From the NCBI GenBank assembly GCA_963792585.1, contig CAWBWI010000001.1, positions 1,024,001 through 1,088,000 on the forward strand: 64,000 bases of DNA. The letters run 5' to 3'. Source of the stretch: Candidatus Eiseniibacteriota bacterium (lineage in GTDB: Bacteria > Eisenbacteria > RBG-16-71-46 > CAIMUX01 > VGJL01). Both the position numbers and the translations under genes were made by a program. Positions 1-10,184 of the stretch are shown piece by piece. Under the pieces are notes generated by a model. That model saw nothing but the letters and a program-made list of their open reading frames with translations. It ran no database searches and was not told the DNA's origin. Every line of letters starts with the position of its first letter. Position 1 is the stretch's first letter.

Positions 1-700
1 CTTTCAACACCGCCTCCCGTTTCATGAACGACTCACACAGATCGCCGATCACGCCGGCGACGCCGACCACGACACCCGCTCCGACCAAGACGGCCAGACC
101 CCCGACGGGCGCCCAGCCTCTCAGCGCCACGGCGACGCCCACGCTCGCAAGCAGGCCCGCCACGGCCCCTTCCCAAGACTTCTTGGGGCTGACCCGTGGC
201 ATCAGTCTGCGACGGCCGATCCTGCTGCCCACAAGGTAGGCGGCGGAGTCGCTCGCCCAGATCAGCGCGAGGGCGTAATCGACCGTCCACGGGTCGGCCC
301 GGCCGCTGCCTCCCAGATCGTAGAGCCGGAGGATCTGTGCGGGAAGGACCCCGAGGTAGATGGCGGCGAATACGGCCAGCGGCGTCCCGAAGAGGATCGA
401 GCCACCAGGGCGGAAGAGCTCCACAACGGACGCGAGGGCCAGGATGAGGAGGAGGGCTGTCGTGAGGCTCAGGGGTATGACCTCTGCCTGGACGCCGATG
501 ATCAACGCCACACCGAGCCCGGCCATCCAGGTGGGGCAAGCCCCCCCGCGCGAACGTGCGAGGATCACGAGTTCCCTCGCCCCTAGAATCGCGACGAACG
601 CTACCAGCGCGGCAAGGAATCGGGGGCCGGCATGGACCGCCAGGATCACGATGGGCAGCACAACGCCCGTGGTCAGCAGGCGCTTGCCTAGGATATTCAT
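1..700 (-). CDS. cdsA: phosphatidate cytidylyltransferase (partial, runs off window start)
   Basis: Manual translation from ATG at 700, which overlaps the uppS stop (ATGA). Hydrophobic protein with GRRRLMPRVSPKKSWEGAVAG and GDLCESFMKRE motifs; canonical position after uppS. Confidence 0.93.
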   Translation of the reverse strand, partial: MNILGKRLLTTGVVLPIVILAVHAGPRFLAALVAFVAILGARELVILARSRGGACPTWMAGLGVALIIGVQAEVIPLSLTTALLLILALASVVELFRPGGSILFGTPLAVFAAIYLGVLPAQILRLYDLGGSGRADPWTVDYALALIWASDSAAYLVGSRIGRRRLMPRVSPKKSWEGAVAGLLASVGVAVALRGWAPVGGLAVLVGAGVVVGVAGVIGDLCESFMKREAVLK

Positions 701-1485
701 CCGCTGATGGCGCGGGCCGGATCGACGCGGCCGAACCGGCGGTCGCGCCCCTGATAGGCGATGATCGCCTCCTCCAAATGCTGCCTGCGAAAGTCCGGCC
801 AGAGAACGTCCGTCACGTAGATCTCGGAGTAGGCGAGCTGCCAGAGGAGGAAGTTGGAGAGCCGCATCTCGCCGCTCGTGCGGATCAGGAGATCCGGTGG
901 CGGGGTGCCGGCCGTGTACAGGTAGCGGGCAAAGGTCTCCTCGTCGAGCCCGTCCGCGCTCAAACGGCCTTGTTGCACCTCGCCCACGATCTTGCGGACC
1001 GCATCGACGATCTCCGCACGACCCCCGTAGCTCAGGGCGAGGTTCAGCTGGAGGCCGGTATTGTCGGAGAGCCCGGCGATCGTCCGGTCCAGCTCGGCGC
1101 GGACCGGCTCGGGCAAGTCGTCGAGTCGCCCCCAAGCCTGCATCCTGACGTTGTTCTTCCTGAGGTCCTCGATCTCTTCCTTCAGGACGACCTTGAGGAA
1201 GTTCATGAGGGCCACAACCTCGTGCTTGGGACGATTCCAGTTCTCGATTGAGAATGTGTAGAGGGTTAGATACCCGACGCCCAGGTCCGCGCAACCTTCG
1301 ATCGCTTCGCGGACGGAACGCCGTCCCGCGTGGTGGCCGGCAATTCGGGGCAGCCCCTGGCGGGTAGCCCACCTGCCATTGCCGTCCATGATGATCGCGA
1401 CGTGGCGCGGGAGATTCCCGCGCGCCAGGATCGCTTCTCTGCGCTTGGAGGCCGCATCCGGTTCCATGGGCGTTCTCGCTCGCAC
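697..1485 (-). CDS. uppS: undecaprenyl diphosphate synthase (isoprenyl transferase)
   Basis: HVAIIMDGNGRWA, YTFSIENWNRP and RTSGEMRLSNFLLWQ motifs; start may be 1467. Confidence 0.97.
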   Translation of the reverse strand: MRARTPMEPDAASKRREAILARGNLPRHVAIIMDGNGRWATRQGLPRIAGHHAGRRSVREAIEGCADLGVGYLTLYTFSIENWNRPKHEVVALMNFLKVVLKEEIEDLRKNNVRMQAWGRLDDLPEPVRAELDRTIAGLSDNTGLQLNLALSYGGRAEIVDAVRKIVGEVQQGRLSADGLDEETFARYLYTAGTPPPDLLIRTSGEMRLSNFLLWQLAYSEIYVTDVLWPDFRRQHLEEAIIAYQGRDRRFGRVDPARAISG

Positions 1486-1511
1486 CGCGGGAGGGAGCCC
1501 GCGGAAAGGGG

Positions 1512-2066
1512 TCAGATCTCGAGGATCTCCTTCTCCTTGCGCCGCAGGATCTCGTCAACCAATTCGATGTGGTGATCGGTCATCTTCTGGATGTCCTGGG
1601 ACCCCCGGTGGAGATCGTCCTCGCTGATCTTGCCGTCCTTCTCGAGCTTCTTGACCTCCTCGTTCGCATCGCGGCGAACGTTGCGGATCGCGACCTTGAC
1701 CTCCTCGCCGAGCTTCTTGACCCTCTTGACCAGCTCATTGCGCCGATCCTCGGTCAGGGGCGGGATCGGCACGCGGATCAGGTCTCCGTCGTCGGCGGGA
1801 TTCAACCCCAGATCGGCCTTCTGGATCGCCTTCAGGATCGGCTGCAGCAGCGTCTTGTCCCAAGGTTGCACGACGAGCATGCGAGGTTGGGGTGCGGAAA
1901 CGGAGGCCACCTGTGACAGGGGCATCTGGGAACCCCAGGCCTCGACGCGCACCGTGTCGAGCAGACTCGGACTCGCCTTTCCCGTCCGGATGGAAACCAG
2001 TTCGGCCTTCAGCGCCTCGATCGACTTGACCATCCGCTTCTCTGCGTCTGCGATCCGTTCCTTCAT
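1512..2066 (-). CDS. frr: ribosome recycling factor
   Basis: IRTGKASPSLLD, PPLTEDRR, VAIRNVRRDAN; synteny with pyrH and uppS. Confidence 0.97.
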   Translation of the reverse strand: MKERIADAEKRMVKSIEALKAELVSIRTGKASPSLLDTVRVEAWGSQMPLSQVASVSAPQPRMLVVQPWDKTLLQPILKAIQKADLGLNPADDGDLIRVPIPPLTEDRRNELVKRVKKLGEEVKVAIRNVRRDANEEVKKLEKDGKISEDDLHRGSQDIQKMTDHHIELVDEILRRKEKEILEI

Positions 2067-2078
2067 CGGTCGAGCCTC

Positions 2079-2816
2079 CTACTGAACCAGAGTCCCGAGT
2101 TCTTCGCCGAGCACGACCCGGCGGAGATTCCCGGGGACCTGAACATTGAACACGACGATCGGGAGATGGTTCTCCATGCAGAGGGTGATCGCGGTCAGGT
2201 CCATCACCCTCAAACCCCGGTCGAAGACCTCCTTGTAGGTCAGGCGCGGCAGGTGGTCGGCGTCCGCGTGGTGGACGGGATCGGCGGTGTACATACCGTC
2301 GACCTTCGTCCCCTTCAGAATCACCTCGCAACCGCACTCGATCGCCCGCAAGACGGCGGCGGTGTCGGTCGTGAAGTACGGGTTCCCGCTGCCGGCGGCA
2401 AGGATGACGATGCGGCCCTTCTCGAGGTGCCGGATCGCCCGCCGGCGGATGAACGACTCCGCGACCTGCTCCATCTTGATCGCCGAGAGGACGCGGGTGT
2501 AGTACCCCAGCCTCTCGAGATGTTCCTGCACGGCCAGAGCATTGATAACGGTCGCGAGCATGCCGATGTGGTCGGCACTGGCGCGGTCCATTCCGATCGC
2601 TTCGGCCTCGGCGCCTCGAAAGATGTTCCCGCCGCCGACAACCAGGGCGATCTCGACCCCCTGGTCGTGCACCGCGCCGATCTGCTCAGCGAGCAGTCGA
2701 ATCGTGGGGTGATGGAGGCCGGACCGATCGGGTCCGGCCAGAATCTCGCCACTGAGTTTTAGGAGGATTCGCTTCCAGCGAGGGTGCGGCGAGGTCTCCC
2801 CGTCCGGCACGCTCAT
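2079..2816 (-). CDS. pyrH: UMP kinase
   Basis: [34 protein letters not shown] motifs. Confidence 0.97.
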   Translation of the reverse strand: MSVPDGETSPHPRWKRILLKLSGEILAGPDRSGLHHPTIRLLAEQIGAVHDQGVEIALVVGGGNIFRGAEAEAIGMDRASADHIGMLATVINALAVQEHLERLGYYTRVLSAIKMEQVAESFIRRRAIRHLEKGRIVILAAGSGNPYFTTDTAAVLRAIECGCEVILKGTKVDGMYTADPVHHADADHLPRLTYKEVFDRGLRVMDLTAITLCMENHLPIVVFNVQVPGNLRRVVLGEELGTLVQ

Positions 2817-2822
2817 CGGCGT

Positions 2823-3422
2823 CTATGAAGCCCCGCCGAGGCGGAAGTAGCTGAACCGGCGGACCCGGAGGTTCTCGCCCAGCTTCGCCGCGAGCGTGGT
2901 CACCATCTCCGCCATCGTTCGCGACCCGTCCCGGATGTTCGGCTGGCTCAGAAGGACGTTCTCCTCGTAGAAGCGTTCCGTTTCCTTTGCGAGCCGCTTC
3001 TCGAGGTCCTCCCCCTTCAGCCCCTCTCCGGCCAGGATCTGCTGGGTCTTCTTCAGGTGCTCACCCAGGAGCTCGGCAGGCACTTCCTCGGTCGAAACGT
3101 AACGGGGCGACGTGGCCGCGACCTGGAGGGCCAGTTCATGGCACATGTTGATAAAGTCGTCGGTCCGGGCGACGAAGTCCGTCTCGCAGTTGACCTCGAT
3201 CAGCACGCCGATCTGGTTGCCTGCATGGATGTAGGCTTCGATTCGCCCCTGAGCGGTCGCGCGCTCCGCCCGCTTGGCTACCTGGGCCAGACCCATCGTC
3301 CGCAGGGTCTCCAGCGCCTTGTCGACATCGCCGGCCGCATCCGCGAGGGCCTTCTTGCACTGCATCATTCCCGCTCCGGTGCGCTCCCGGAGTTCCTTCA
3401 CCATTCCTGCATTGATGTCCAT
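2823..3422 (-). CDS. tsf: elongation factor Ts (short, 199-aa type)
   Basis: [38 protein letters not shown]. Confidence 0.97.
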   Translation of the reverse strand: MDINAGMVKELRERTGAGMMQCKKALADAAGDVDKALETLRTMGLAQVAKRAERATAQGRIEAYIHAGNQIGVLIEVNCETDFVARTDDFINMCHELALQVAATSPRYVSTEEVPAELLGEHLKKTQQILAGEGLKGEDLEKRLAKETERFYEENVLLSQPNIRDGSRTMAEMVTTLAAKLGENLRVRRFSYFRLGGAS

Positions 3423-3457
3423 TGCGTCCTTGTTCTCCTCGCCCTTCCCGCCGCCCC

Positions 3458-4207
3458 TTAGGCCGCGGACCCTGCTCCGGCTTCCGCCTTCTTCGCCGCC
3501 TCGACATCGCGACCGGGCGCTGCGGTTGCCGCGCGGGCCTCGATCAGCGTGTCGCTCACCAAACGGGCGAAGAGACGGATCGAGCGAATCGCGTCATCGT
3601 TGCCCGGAATCGGGAAGTCCACCTCTTCGGGGTCGCAGTTGGTGTCGACCATCCCGATGACCGGGATTCCGAGGCGCTTGGCCTCGAGCACGGCGATGCG
3701 CTCGCGCTTCGTGTCGACGACGAACAGCAGTCCCGGGAGCCGGTTCATTTCCTTGATGCCGGTGAAGTTCTTCTCGAGCTTCGTCCGCTGCTTTTCGAGA
3801 CGGGAGACCTCCTTCTTCGTGATCTTCTCGAAGGTCCCGTCCTCGCGCATCCTCTCGAGGCTGCGGAGGTAGCGGATGCTCATCTTGATCGTCTGGAAGT
3901 TGGTCAGCATCCCGCCAAGCCAGCGCTCATTGACGTAGAAGTTGTGGCAGCGGGCCGCCTCTTCCTGCATCACGTCCCGCGCCTGCTTCTTCGTCCCGAC
4001 GAAGAGAATGGAGTCGTTGTTGCGACCGACCTTCACCACCGCGTCACGGGCCGCCTCGGCGCACTTCACGGTCTTCTGCAGGTCGATGATGTGAATCCCG
4101 TTGCGCTCCATGAAGATGTAACTCTTCATCTTCGGATTCCAACGGCGGGTCTGGTGGCCGAAATGGACCCCGGCCTCCAGAAGCTCCTTCATCTCGAGAA
4201 TCGGCAT
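3458..4207 (-). CDS. rpsB: 30S ribosomal protein S2
   Basis: [42 protein letters not shown] at 4207 preceded by GGAGG. Confidence 0.98.
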   Translation of the reverse strand: MPILEMKELLEAGVHFGHQTRRWNPKMKSYIFMERNGIHIIDLQKTVKCAEAARDAVVKVGRNNDSILFVGTKKQARDVMQEEAARCHNFYVNERWLGGMLTNFQTIKMSIRYLRSLERMREDGTFEKITKKEVSRLEKQRTKLEKNFTGIKEMNRLPGLLFVVDTKRERIAVLEAKRLGIPVIGMVDTNCDPEEVDFPIPGNDDAIRSIRLFARLVSDTLIEARAATAAPGRDVEAAKKAEAGAGSAA

Positions 4208-4290
4208 GGTTCCTCCCGGTGCGTAGTTTGTTCCTCCGCCCCCCAACCCTTCCGAGGAAAGGCAACTACGCGGGGAGCGTGCGTGTTGAT
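4208..4290 (-). promoter_or_regulatory. putative rpsB (S2) leader hairpin
   Basis: Inverted repeat GCGTAGTT (4221-4228) / AACTACGC (4264-4271) enclosing a GGAGG, immediately 5' of rpsB; resembles S2 autoregulatory leaders. Confidence 0.5.
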
Positions 4291-4297
4291 GGTGACT

Positions 4298-4693
4298 CTA
4301 GCGCTTGGAGAACTGGAACCGCTTGCGCGCTCCAGGCTGTCCGTACTTCTTGCGCTCCTTCATTCGGGGATCTCGCGTCAGGTGACCGTCCCGATCGAGG
4401 GCCGGTTTCAGGGCCGGATCGGACGCCTTCAGCGCGCGCGCGATGGCCATCCGGATCGCTCCGGCCTGACCCGTCTCCCCGCCGCCGTCGACGAGCGCCA
4501 CACAATCGAATCGCCCTTCGGTCTCGGTGGAGCGGAACGGCGACATGGCCAATCCTGTGCTGCTCTCGCGCCCGAAGTACTCACGGACCGGCTTGCCGTT
4601 GATCATGACCTTCCCGTTTCCGGGCAGGAGGCGCACCCGCGCCACCGAAGTCTTCCGCCGACCCGTCGCCTGCAATACCTGCTTCTGAACCAT
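4298..4693 (-). CDS. rpsI: 30S ribosomal protein S9
   Basis: TGRRKTSVARV, GGGETGQAGAIR, ERKKYGQPGARKRFQFSKR. Confidence 0.98.
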   Translation of the reverse strand: MVQKQVLQATGRRKTSVARVRLLPGNGKVMINGKPVREYFGRESSTGLAMSPFRSTETEGRFDCVALVDGGGETGQAGAIRMAIARALKASDPALKPALDRDGHLTRDPRMKERKKYGQPGARKRFQFSKR

Positions 4694-4713
4694 GCGTCCT
4701 TCCGTCCCTTCCC

Positions 4714-5175
4714 CTAGGCCTCGGCGGCCCCGGGCATCCTGCGGCTGCTCATCTCGAACGGCTTCGCCAACTGAGCCGTGTGCGGATGCTCAGGTCCGTC
4801 ATAGATCTTCAGCTTCCGGATCATCTGGCGCCCCAGAGGCCCCTTCGGGAGCATCCCCCAGACAGCCTCTCGGATCACCTCGGCCGGGTGCTTCTCCATC
4901 CGCTTGTTCAGCGTGGTCAGCTTCACACCGCCGATGTAGCCCGTGTGCCGGAAGTAAGTCTTCTGCTCTCCCTTACGTCCCGTGAACCTCACCTTCGAGG
5001 CGTTGACCACGATGACGTGATCTCCGACGTCGAGGTACGGCACGTAACTGGGCTTGTGCTTGCCCCGCAGCAAATAGGCCACATCGCTGGCCATTCTGCC
5101 CAGGATCAATCCCTCGGCATCCACGACATACCATTGCCGGGAGATCTCCGAGGCCTTCGTGGCGGTTGTCGCCAT
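4714..5175 (-). CDS. rplM: 50S ribosomal protein L13
   Basis: WYVVDAEG, LRGKHKP, GDHVIVVNA, GMLPKGPLGR. Confidence 0.98.
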   Translation of the reverse strand: MATTATKASEISRQWYVVDAEGLILGRMASDVAYLLRGKHKPSYVPYLDVGDHVIVVNASKVRFTGRKGEQKTYFRHTGYIGGVKLTTLNKRMEKHPAEVIREAVWGMLPKGPLGRQMIRKLKIYDGPEHPHTAQLAKPFEMSSRRMPGAAEA

Positions 5176-5216
5176 TGCTGCACCCTCCGTTTCACTGTAG
5201 TGCGTGCAAAAGTTAG

Positions 5217-5245
5217 AAGATACGCACGACGGCGGGACCTGTCAA
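5217..5245 (-). promoter_or_regulatory. sigma70-type promoter of the rplM operon
   Basis: Minus strand TTGACA-N17-TATCTT, ~40 nt upstream of rplM. Confidence 0.75.
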
Positions 5246-6273
5246 GGCCCCGGAAACGGGGGTTGGAGGACCCCCAACTCGGTGATCCAGGCGGTGATCC
5301 AGGCCGCCGGGGTCACGTCGAATGCCGGATTGAACGCGGCGACCCGATCCCCCTCCACCCAACCCGACGCCCGGAGGATTTCCCCAGCGGCCCGCTCCTC
5401 GATGGCGATCCCCTCGCCATTGGCCAACCCCGGATCGAACGACGAGGTTGGCGCCGCCACGAAGAAGGGGACCCCCATCGCACGGGCAGCCAGGGCCAGA
5501 TTCAGGGTTCCAACCTTGTTGGCCGTGTCCCCGTTCACGGCAACCCGATCGGCGCCGACCACGACGCACCCCACGTCCAGGCGCAGCATGGCCCAGCCGC
5601 TGGCGCCGTCGCAGATGAGACGGGCCGGGATCCCGGCCTTCCGCAGTTCCCAGAGGGTCAGCCGCCCCCCCTGAAGGAGCGGACGGGTTTCATCGACGAG
5701 AACCTCCCGTATCCCCCGCGACGCATGGGCGGCCTGGATCACCGCGAGCGCGGTCCCGAGTCCTCCGGTGGCAAGCCCCCCTGTGTTGCAGTGGGTGATC
5801 ACCGCCTTGTCGGGGGGGACGAGGGGCGCCCCGTGCATGGCGATGCGCCTCGACGCTTCGAGATCCTCCTGGAGCATCTCCTCTCCAACTCGACGGAGGC
5901 GGTCGGCGAGCCCGGCGCCGGCCCGCCCCGGCGCCATGGCATCGAGTTGCGAGAGCGCCCGATCGACCCCCCGAGCGAGGTTCACCGCCGTCGGCCGGCA
6001 AGTGGCAATCCGCCGGGCGGTTCGACGGATCGCGGAGCTTGGATCTCCCGCCCGGGCGGCCTCCCGAGCCGCCGCCAACGCGACCCCGAACGCCCCGGCG
6101 ATGCCGAGCGCCGGGGCGCCACGAACCGCAAGCGTGCGGATCGCGCGGATCAACTCCGCCGGAGTGCGAAGGTCCAGCAGGACCTCTCGGCGGGGCAGGC
6201 GCCGCTGATCGAGGATCCTCACCGACCCCTCGACCCACCGGATCGTCGGAATCGGTTCCATGAGGGGGCTCAT
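5242..6273 (-). CDS. mtnA: S-methyl-5-thioribose-1-phosphate isomerase
   Basis: LDQRRLP, VRGAPALG, RPTAVNL, THCNTGGLAT, ETRPLLQGGRLT, NPAFDVTP; ATG at 6273 overlaps the maf stop. Confidence 0.95.
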   Translation of the reverse strand: MSPLMEPIPTIRWVEGSVRILDQRRLPRREVLLDLRTPAELIRAIRTLAVRGAPALGIAGAFGVALAAAREAARAGDPSSAIRRTARRIATCRPTAVNLARGVDRALSQLDAMAPGRAGAGLADRLRRVGEEMLQEDLEASRRIAMHGAPLVPPDKAVITHCNTGGLATGGLGTALAVIQAAHASRGIREVLVDETRPLLQGGRLTLWELRKAGIPARLICDGASGWAMLRLDVGCVVVGADRVAVNGDTANKVGTLNLALAARAMGVPFFVAAPTSSFDPGLANGEGIAIEERAAGEILRASGWVEGDRVAAFNPAFDVTPAAWITAWITELGVLQPPFPGP

Positions 6274-6929
6274 CGATCCCGCTCGAGTTCGATCGCCAGT
6301 CTGCGCAAACGGGAGAGCGGCAGCCCCATCACGTTGAAGTAGCATCCCTCGATCCGTTCGACGAGGAGGCCGCCGTATCCTTGGATACCGTATCCGCCCG
6401 CCTTGTCGAGGGGTTCCCCGGTCGCAACATAGGATTCGATGTCGGCAGACGAGAGCGGAGCGAACCGCACGCGGGAACGCTCGTGGCCGACGGCCGCACG
6501 ATCGTCGGCAAGCCGACGCAGGCAGACTCCCGTGAGAACCTCGTGCCATCGGCCGCTCAATCGACCGAGCAGCTCGACGGCATGCGCCGCATCGTGCGGC
6601 TTCTCGAGCACCTCACCATCGAGCAAGACGATCGTGTCGGCGCCGAGCACCACATACGCCTCCGAAGACCGCGGAATCCAGGCGGCCTTCTCCCGAGCGA
6701 GGCGTTCCACATAGGCGGAGGGCGATTCCGACTCCGTACGATTGCCCTCGGCCACGTCCGGGGCCTGCGCCGCGTGACGGATTCCCAACATGCGCAGGAG
6801 TTCCCGCCTTCTCGGCGAGGCCGAGGCGAGCAGCAGAGGCTCTCCCCGGATCCCCAGCAGCACGGCGCCCGCGCTCAAGTCGCTCAATCGGATTCCTCCC
6901 CACGCTTCCCCACCCGCCGTGCCTTCCAT
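6270..6929 (-). CDS. maf: Maf family nucleoside triphosphate pyrophosphatase
   Basis: LASASPRRRELL, GADTIV, EPLDKAGGYGIQG, NVMGLP. Confidence 0.95.
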   Translation of the reverse strand: MEGTAGGEAWGGIRLSDLSAGAVLLGIRGEPLLLASASPRRRELLRMLGIRHAAQAPDVAEGNRTESESPSAYVERLAREKAAWIPRSSEAYVVLGADTIVLLDGEVLEKPHDAAHAVELLGRLSGRWHEVLTGVCLRRLADDRAAVGHERSRVRFAPLSSADIESYVATGEPLDKAGGYGIQGYGGLLVERIEGCYFNVMGLPLSRLRRLAIELERDR

Positions 6930-7369
6930 GCGGCGGAGTCCACCAGCAAGGTGACGGGGCCCTCGTTGACCAGTGTGACCTGCATCATCGCGGCGAAGAT
7001 CCCGGTGCGCACCGGAACGCCGCGCCCGCCGAGCTCCTCGACGAACTTGCCATAGAGGCGATCCGCCTCCGACGGCTCGGCGGCGCGCGTGAAGCTCGGA
7101 CGTCGCCCCTTCTCACAATCGCCGAGGAGCGTGAACTGGCTGACGACGAGAGCCTCGCCGCCGACGGCGTCGAGTCCGAGGTTCATCTTGCCGTTCGCAT
7201 CGTTGAAGATCCGCAAGGACGCGCACTTCTCGGCCAACCATCGCGCATCGCCGTCGTCGTCCCCCTGCGCCACCCCCAGGAGGATCAGAACGCCCGTGCC
7301 GATCCGCTCCTCGTACGTCGCGCCGACGCGCACCGATGCGCTCGAGACCCTCTGAACGACCGCGAGCAC
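6884..7369 (-). CDS. dtd: D-aminoacyl-tRNA deacylase
   Basis: AVVQRV, VSQFTL, KGRRPSF, NEGPVT; canonical position downstream of rel. Confidence 0.96.
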   Translation of the reverse strand: MLAVVQRVSSASVRVGATYEERIGTGVLILLGVAQGDDDGDARWLAEKCASLRIFNDANGKMNLGLDAVGGEALVVSQFTLLGDCEKGRRPSFTRAAEPSEADRLYGKFVEELGGRGVPVRTGIFAAMMQVTLVNEGPVTLLVDSAAWKARRVGKRGEESD

Positions 7370-7372
7370 GCG

Positions 7373-7978
7373 CTACTTCAGGAAGAGATTCAACCCGGCG
7401 TAGACCGAGTTGTACCGGACATCCGCGCCGCCCGTGACATTCTGGAAACGGTACTCGCCGTAGATCAGGATCGGCACCGAGGGGAGCTTGATTTGCGCCC
7501 CGGCTACGGCGTGCCATTCCCAGTCGCGATCGATCTCGTTCAGTTGATCGAGATACTCCTGCACCGTCGGGTCATCGCTCTTCACGGAAAGGTCGATTCG
7601 ATGCAGCCCGCCGCCTCCGCCTCCATAGAGGCCGAGGATGCCGCCGATGGGCAGATGGAGCTTCCCCGTGACGAGATAGGCTTGATCCTCGTAGTTTCCG
7701 TCTCCACCGAAGAAGCTGTCCTCGAAAGCCGCTTCCTCGAAGGTGAACTCCTTCCGGTAGCGCTCCCAGGCGACCTCGATGTCGACGGTGGGCATCAAGC
7801 CGACCGACATGACGACGCCATAGAGGCCACTGCCGCCCAGCTGCCCGCTTCCCGGAAAGAGATCCCCGGCCGCGTGCGCATAACCGCCCCGGGCGCCCAG
7901 CTGCACCACTGCTTCCGCGCTTCCGGCGCAGAGGAGGGCCGTGCAGAGGAACCCGAGCATCACCAGCGCTCTCTTCAT
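7373..7978 (-). CDS. outer-membrane beta-barrel protein (small, OmpA/PorT-like barrel)
   Basis: ATG at 7978 overlaps the rel stop. Signal peptide MKRALVMLGFLCTALLCAGSAEA, amphipathic strands (LYGGGGGG, IYGEYRF), C-terminal YAGLNLFLK. Confidence 0.75.
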   Translation of the reverse strand: MKRALVMLGFLCTALLCAGSAEAVVQLGARGGYAHAAGDLFPGSGQLGGSGLYGVVMSVGLMPTVDIEVAWERYRKEFTFEEAAFEDSFFGGDGNYEDQAYLVTGKLHLPIGGILGLYGGGGGGLHRIDLSVKSDDPTVQEYLDQLNEIDRDWEWHAVAGAQIKLPSVPILIYGEYRFQNVTGGADVRYNSVYAGLNLFLK

Positions 7979-10184
7979 GGCTTCCCTTCCCTCCCGGATC
8001 CGGAATCCGGCAACAAATCGCTCCTGCGCTCGACGCGGGTCACTCCCCGGACTCCTTTGATCGCCCGGATGACATCGTTCAGTTGCCTGCGATTGCGTAC
8101 CTCGACGATGAAGTGGCCCCGGGCCTCCGCGTCGACTCCCTGCATCAACCCCTCGCGGATGTTGGTCTTGGTCTTGGAGATCGCGGTCGACACGTCGGCG
8201 AGCATGTTCGGCCGATCCGAACCGTAGATCTCGAGGCTGACCGTGAAGAACGTTTCGCTCTGGACATCCCACTGCAACTCGATCATGCGCTCTCTCTCGA
8301 CCCGTGCGTCGATGATGTTCCGGCAGGTCCGCTGATGGACCGACACCCCGCGCCCCCGGGTGATCAGTCCCACGATCGGATCGCCGGGAACCGGATCGCA
8401 GCAGTGCGCGATCTGGATCATCAGGTTTCCAACCCCCTGGATTCGGATCCCCCGAACGGGAGGATGGGTGAGCTGGCGCAGGCGCTCGTGGACCACGCCC
8501 GACGGGGCGGCGGTTTCCGGATAGAGGCGCGCCGCGACGGAGACGGGCGAGAGGTCGCCCTGCCCGATCAGGACGAGCATCGCGTCGGCGTCGGTGTAGC
8601 CGAGGCTCTGGGCGCAATCGTTCAGAGCCGGCTCGCCCGGCAACTTCTTCCGACGCCGGCGCAGTTCCCTGCCCAGCATTTCCCTGCCCAGCCCGATCGA
8701 ATCCGAGGCCCGCCGTTCCTTCAGCCACTGGCGGATCTTCGAGCGCGCCCTTCCGGTGCGCACCAAACCGAGCCAGTCCTGGTTGGGCATCGCGGACGGA
8801 TTGGTCAAGATCTCCACACGATCGCCGTTCGAGAGCTCGTATCGAAGGGCGACCAGACGGCCGTTGACCCGCGCTCCGACGCAGTGATTACCGATCTGGG
8901 AGTGAACGGCGTAAGCGAAGTCGAGCGGCGTCGCGCCCCGCGGCAACCTCTTCAGTTCCCCCCGGGGTGTGAAGACGAAGACCTCCTCCTGGTAGAGCGA
9001 GACCTTGAGGATGTCCATGAATTCCTTCGGGTCATCCTCGTCCGTGTCCAGTTCTACCGGCCGGCGCACTAGAAGCTCCCCGAGCTTGCGCTCGAGTTCT
9101 TCGTCCTTGCGTCCCCCTCCTTGTAGCGATAGTGGGCTGCGATCCCGATCTCACTGGTCAGGTGCATCTCGCGGGTCCGGATCTGAATTTCGACCATCCG
9201 ATTCGCCGGGGCCATCACCGTCGTGTGGAGCGATTGGTACATGTTCGTCTTCGGCGTCGCGATGTAGTCCTTGAACCGGTCCTGAACCGGTATGAACAGG
9301 TCGTGCGCGATCCCGAGAATCTGGTAGCAGTCCCCCTTCGTCTCCGTGATCACCCGAAGGCCCAGGAGGTCGTAGATCTCGCCGAACGCGGCATTCTGCC
9401 GCTGCATCTTCTCCCAGATCGAGGAGAAGTTCTTCGCCCGGCCGGATATCTCCGCCACGATCGCCTCCTCGCGGAGCCTCTGCGCAAGCGGAACGCGGAC
9501 GGCCTCGATTGCATCCTCCCGCTCCTTGCGCTTGGTGGCGACCATCGAGGCGATCATGCGGTAGGCCTCGGGATTCAGGTACTTGAATGCGACATCCTCG
9601 AGCTCCCAGCGGACTCGCGCGATCCCGAGCCGATGGGCGAGCGGCGCGTAGATCTCCTTCGTCTCCCGGGCGATCCGCGCCCGCCGCTCGGGCTCCGGAA
9701 GGAACTCCAGGGTCCTCATGTTGTGGAGACGATCGCACAGCTTGATGAGGATCACGCGGATGTCCTGAGCCATCGAAAGGAGCATCTTGCGGAAGTTCTC
9801 GGCCTGCTCCGCCTCCGCCGCCATCGACGGCAACCCGCTGATCTTGGTGACTCCGTCCACGAGCCTCGCGACGACGGGGCCGAAGGAAGCCTCGACGTCC
9901 TCGTGCTTCAGGTGCTCGGCATCTTCCAGGACGTCGTGCAGGAGGGAGGCGGCGAGGATCTCGCGATCCGATCGCTTGCGGAGCAGATCGAGCACGATTC
10001 GGGAGACCTGGATCGGGTGTGTGACGTAGGGAGCGCCCGAGGCGCGTGTCTGGCCCTCGTGAGCATCGACCGCATAGTCGAGCGCCCTTTCCACGAAAGC
10101 GCGATCGACCTCGGGGGCGAGCCGTCCGAGGTCGGCGACGAGGGCTGCGCGGAGTTCCTCAACCGATTCGGAAGGGGTCGTCAA
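7975..10184 (-). CDS. rel: bifunctional (p)ppGpp synthetase/hydrolase RelA/SpoT (one frameshift at ~9115)
   Basis: ORF 9069..10184 carries HD and synthetase motifs (LLHDVLED, DRLHNMRTL, YQSLHT, EIQIRT); ORF 7975..9069 carries TGS/ZFD/ACT (TPLDFAYAVHS, CCDPVPGD). Adding one base to the C5 run at 9113-9117 joins them (YKEGGRKDEELERKLGELLVRRP). Confidence 0.93.

Noticed and set aside
2823..3422. Truncated EF-Ts
   Set aside because: A ~200-aa short form of EF-Ts is established in several phyla; the gene is intact.
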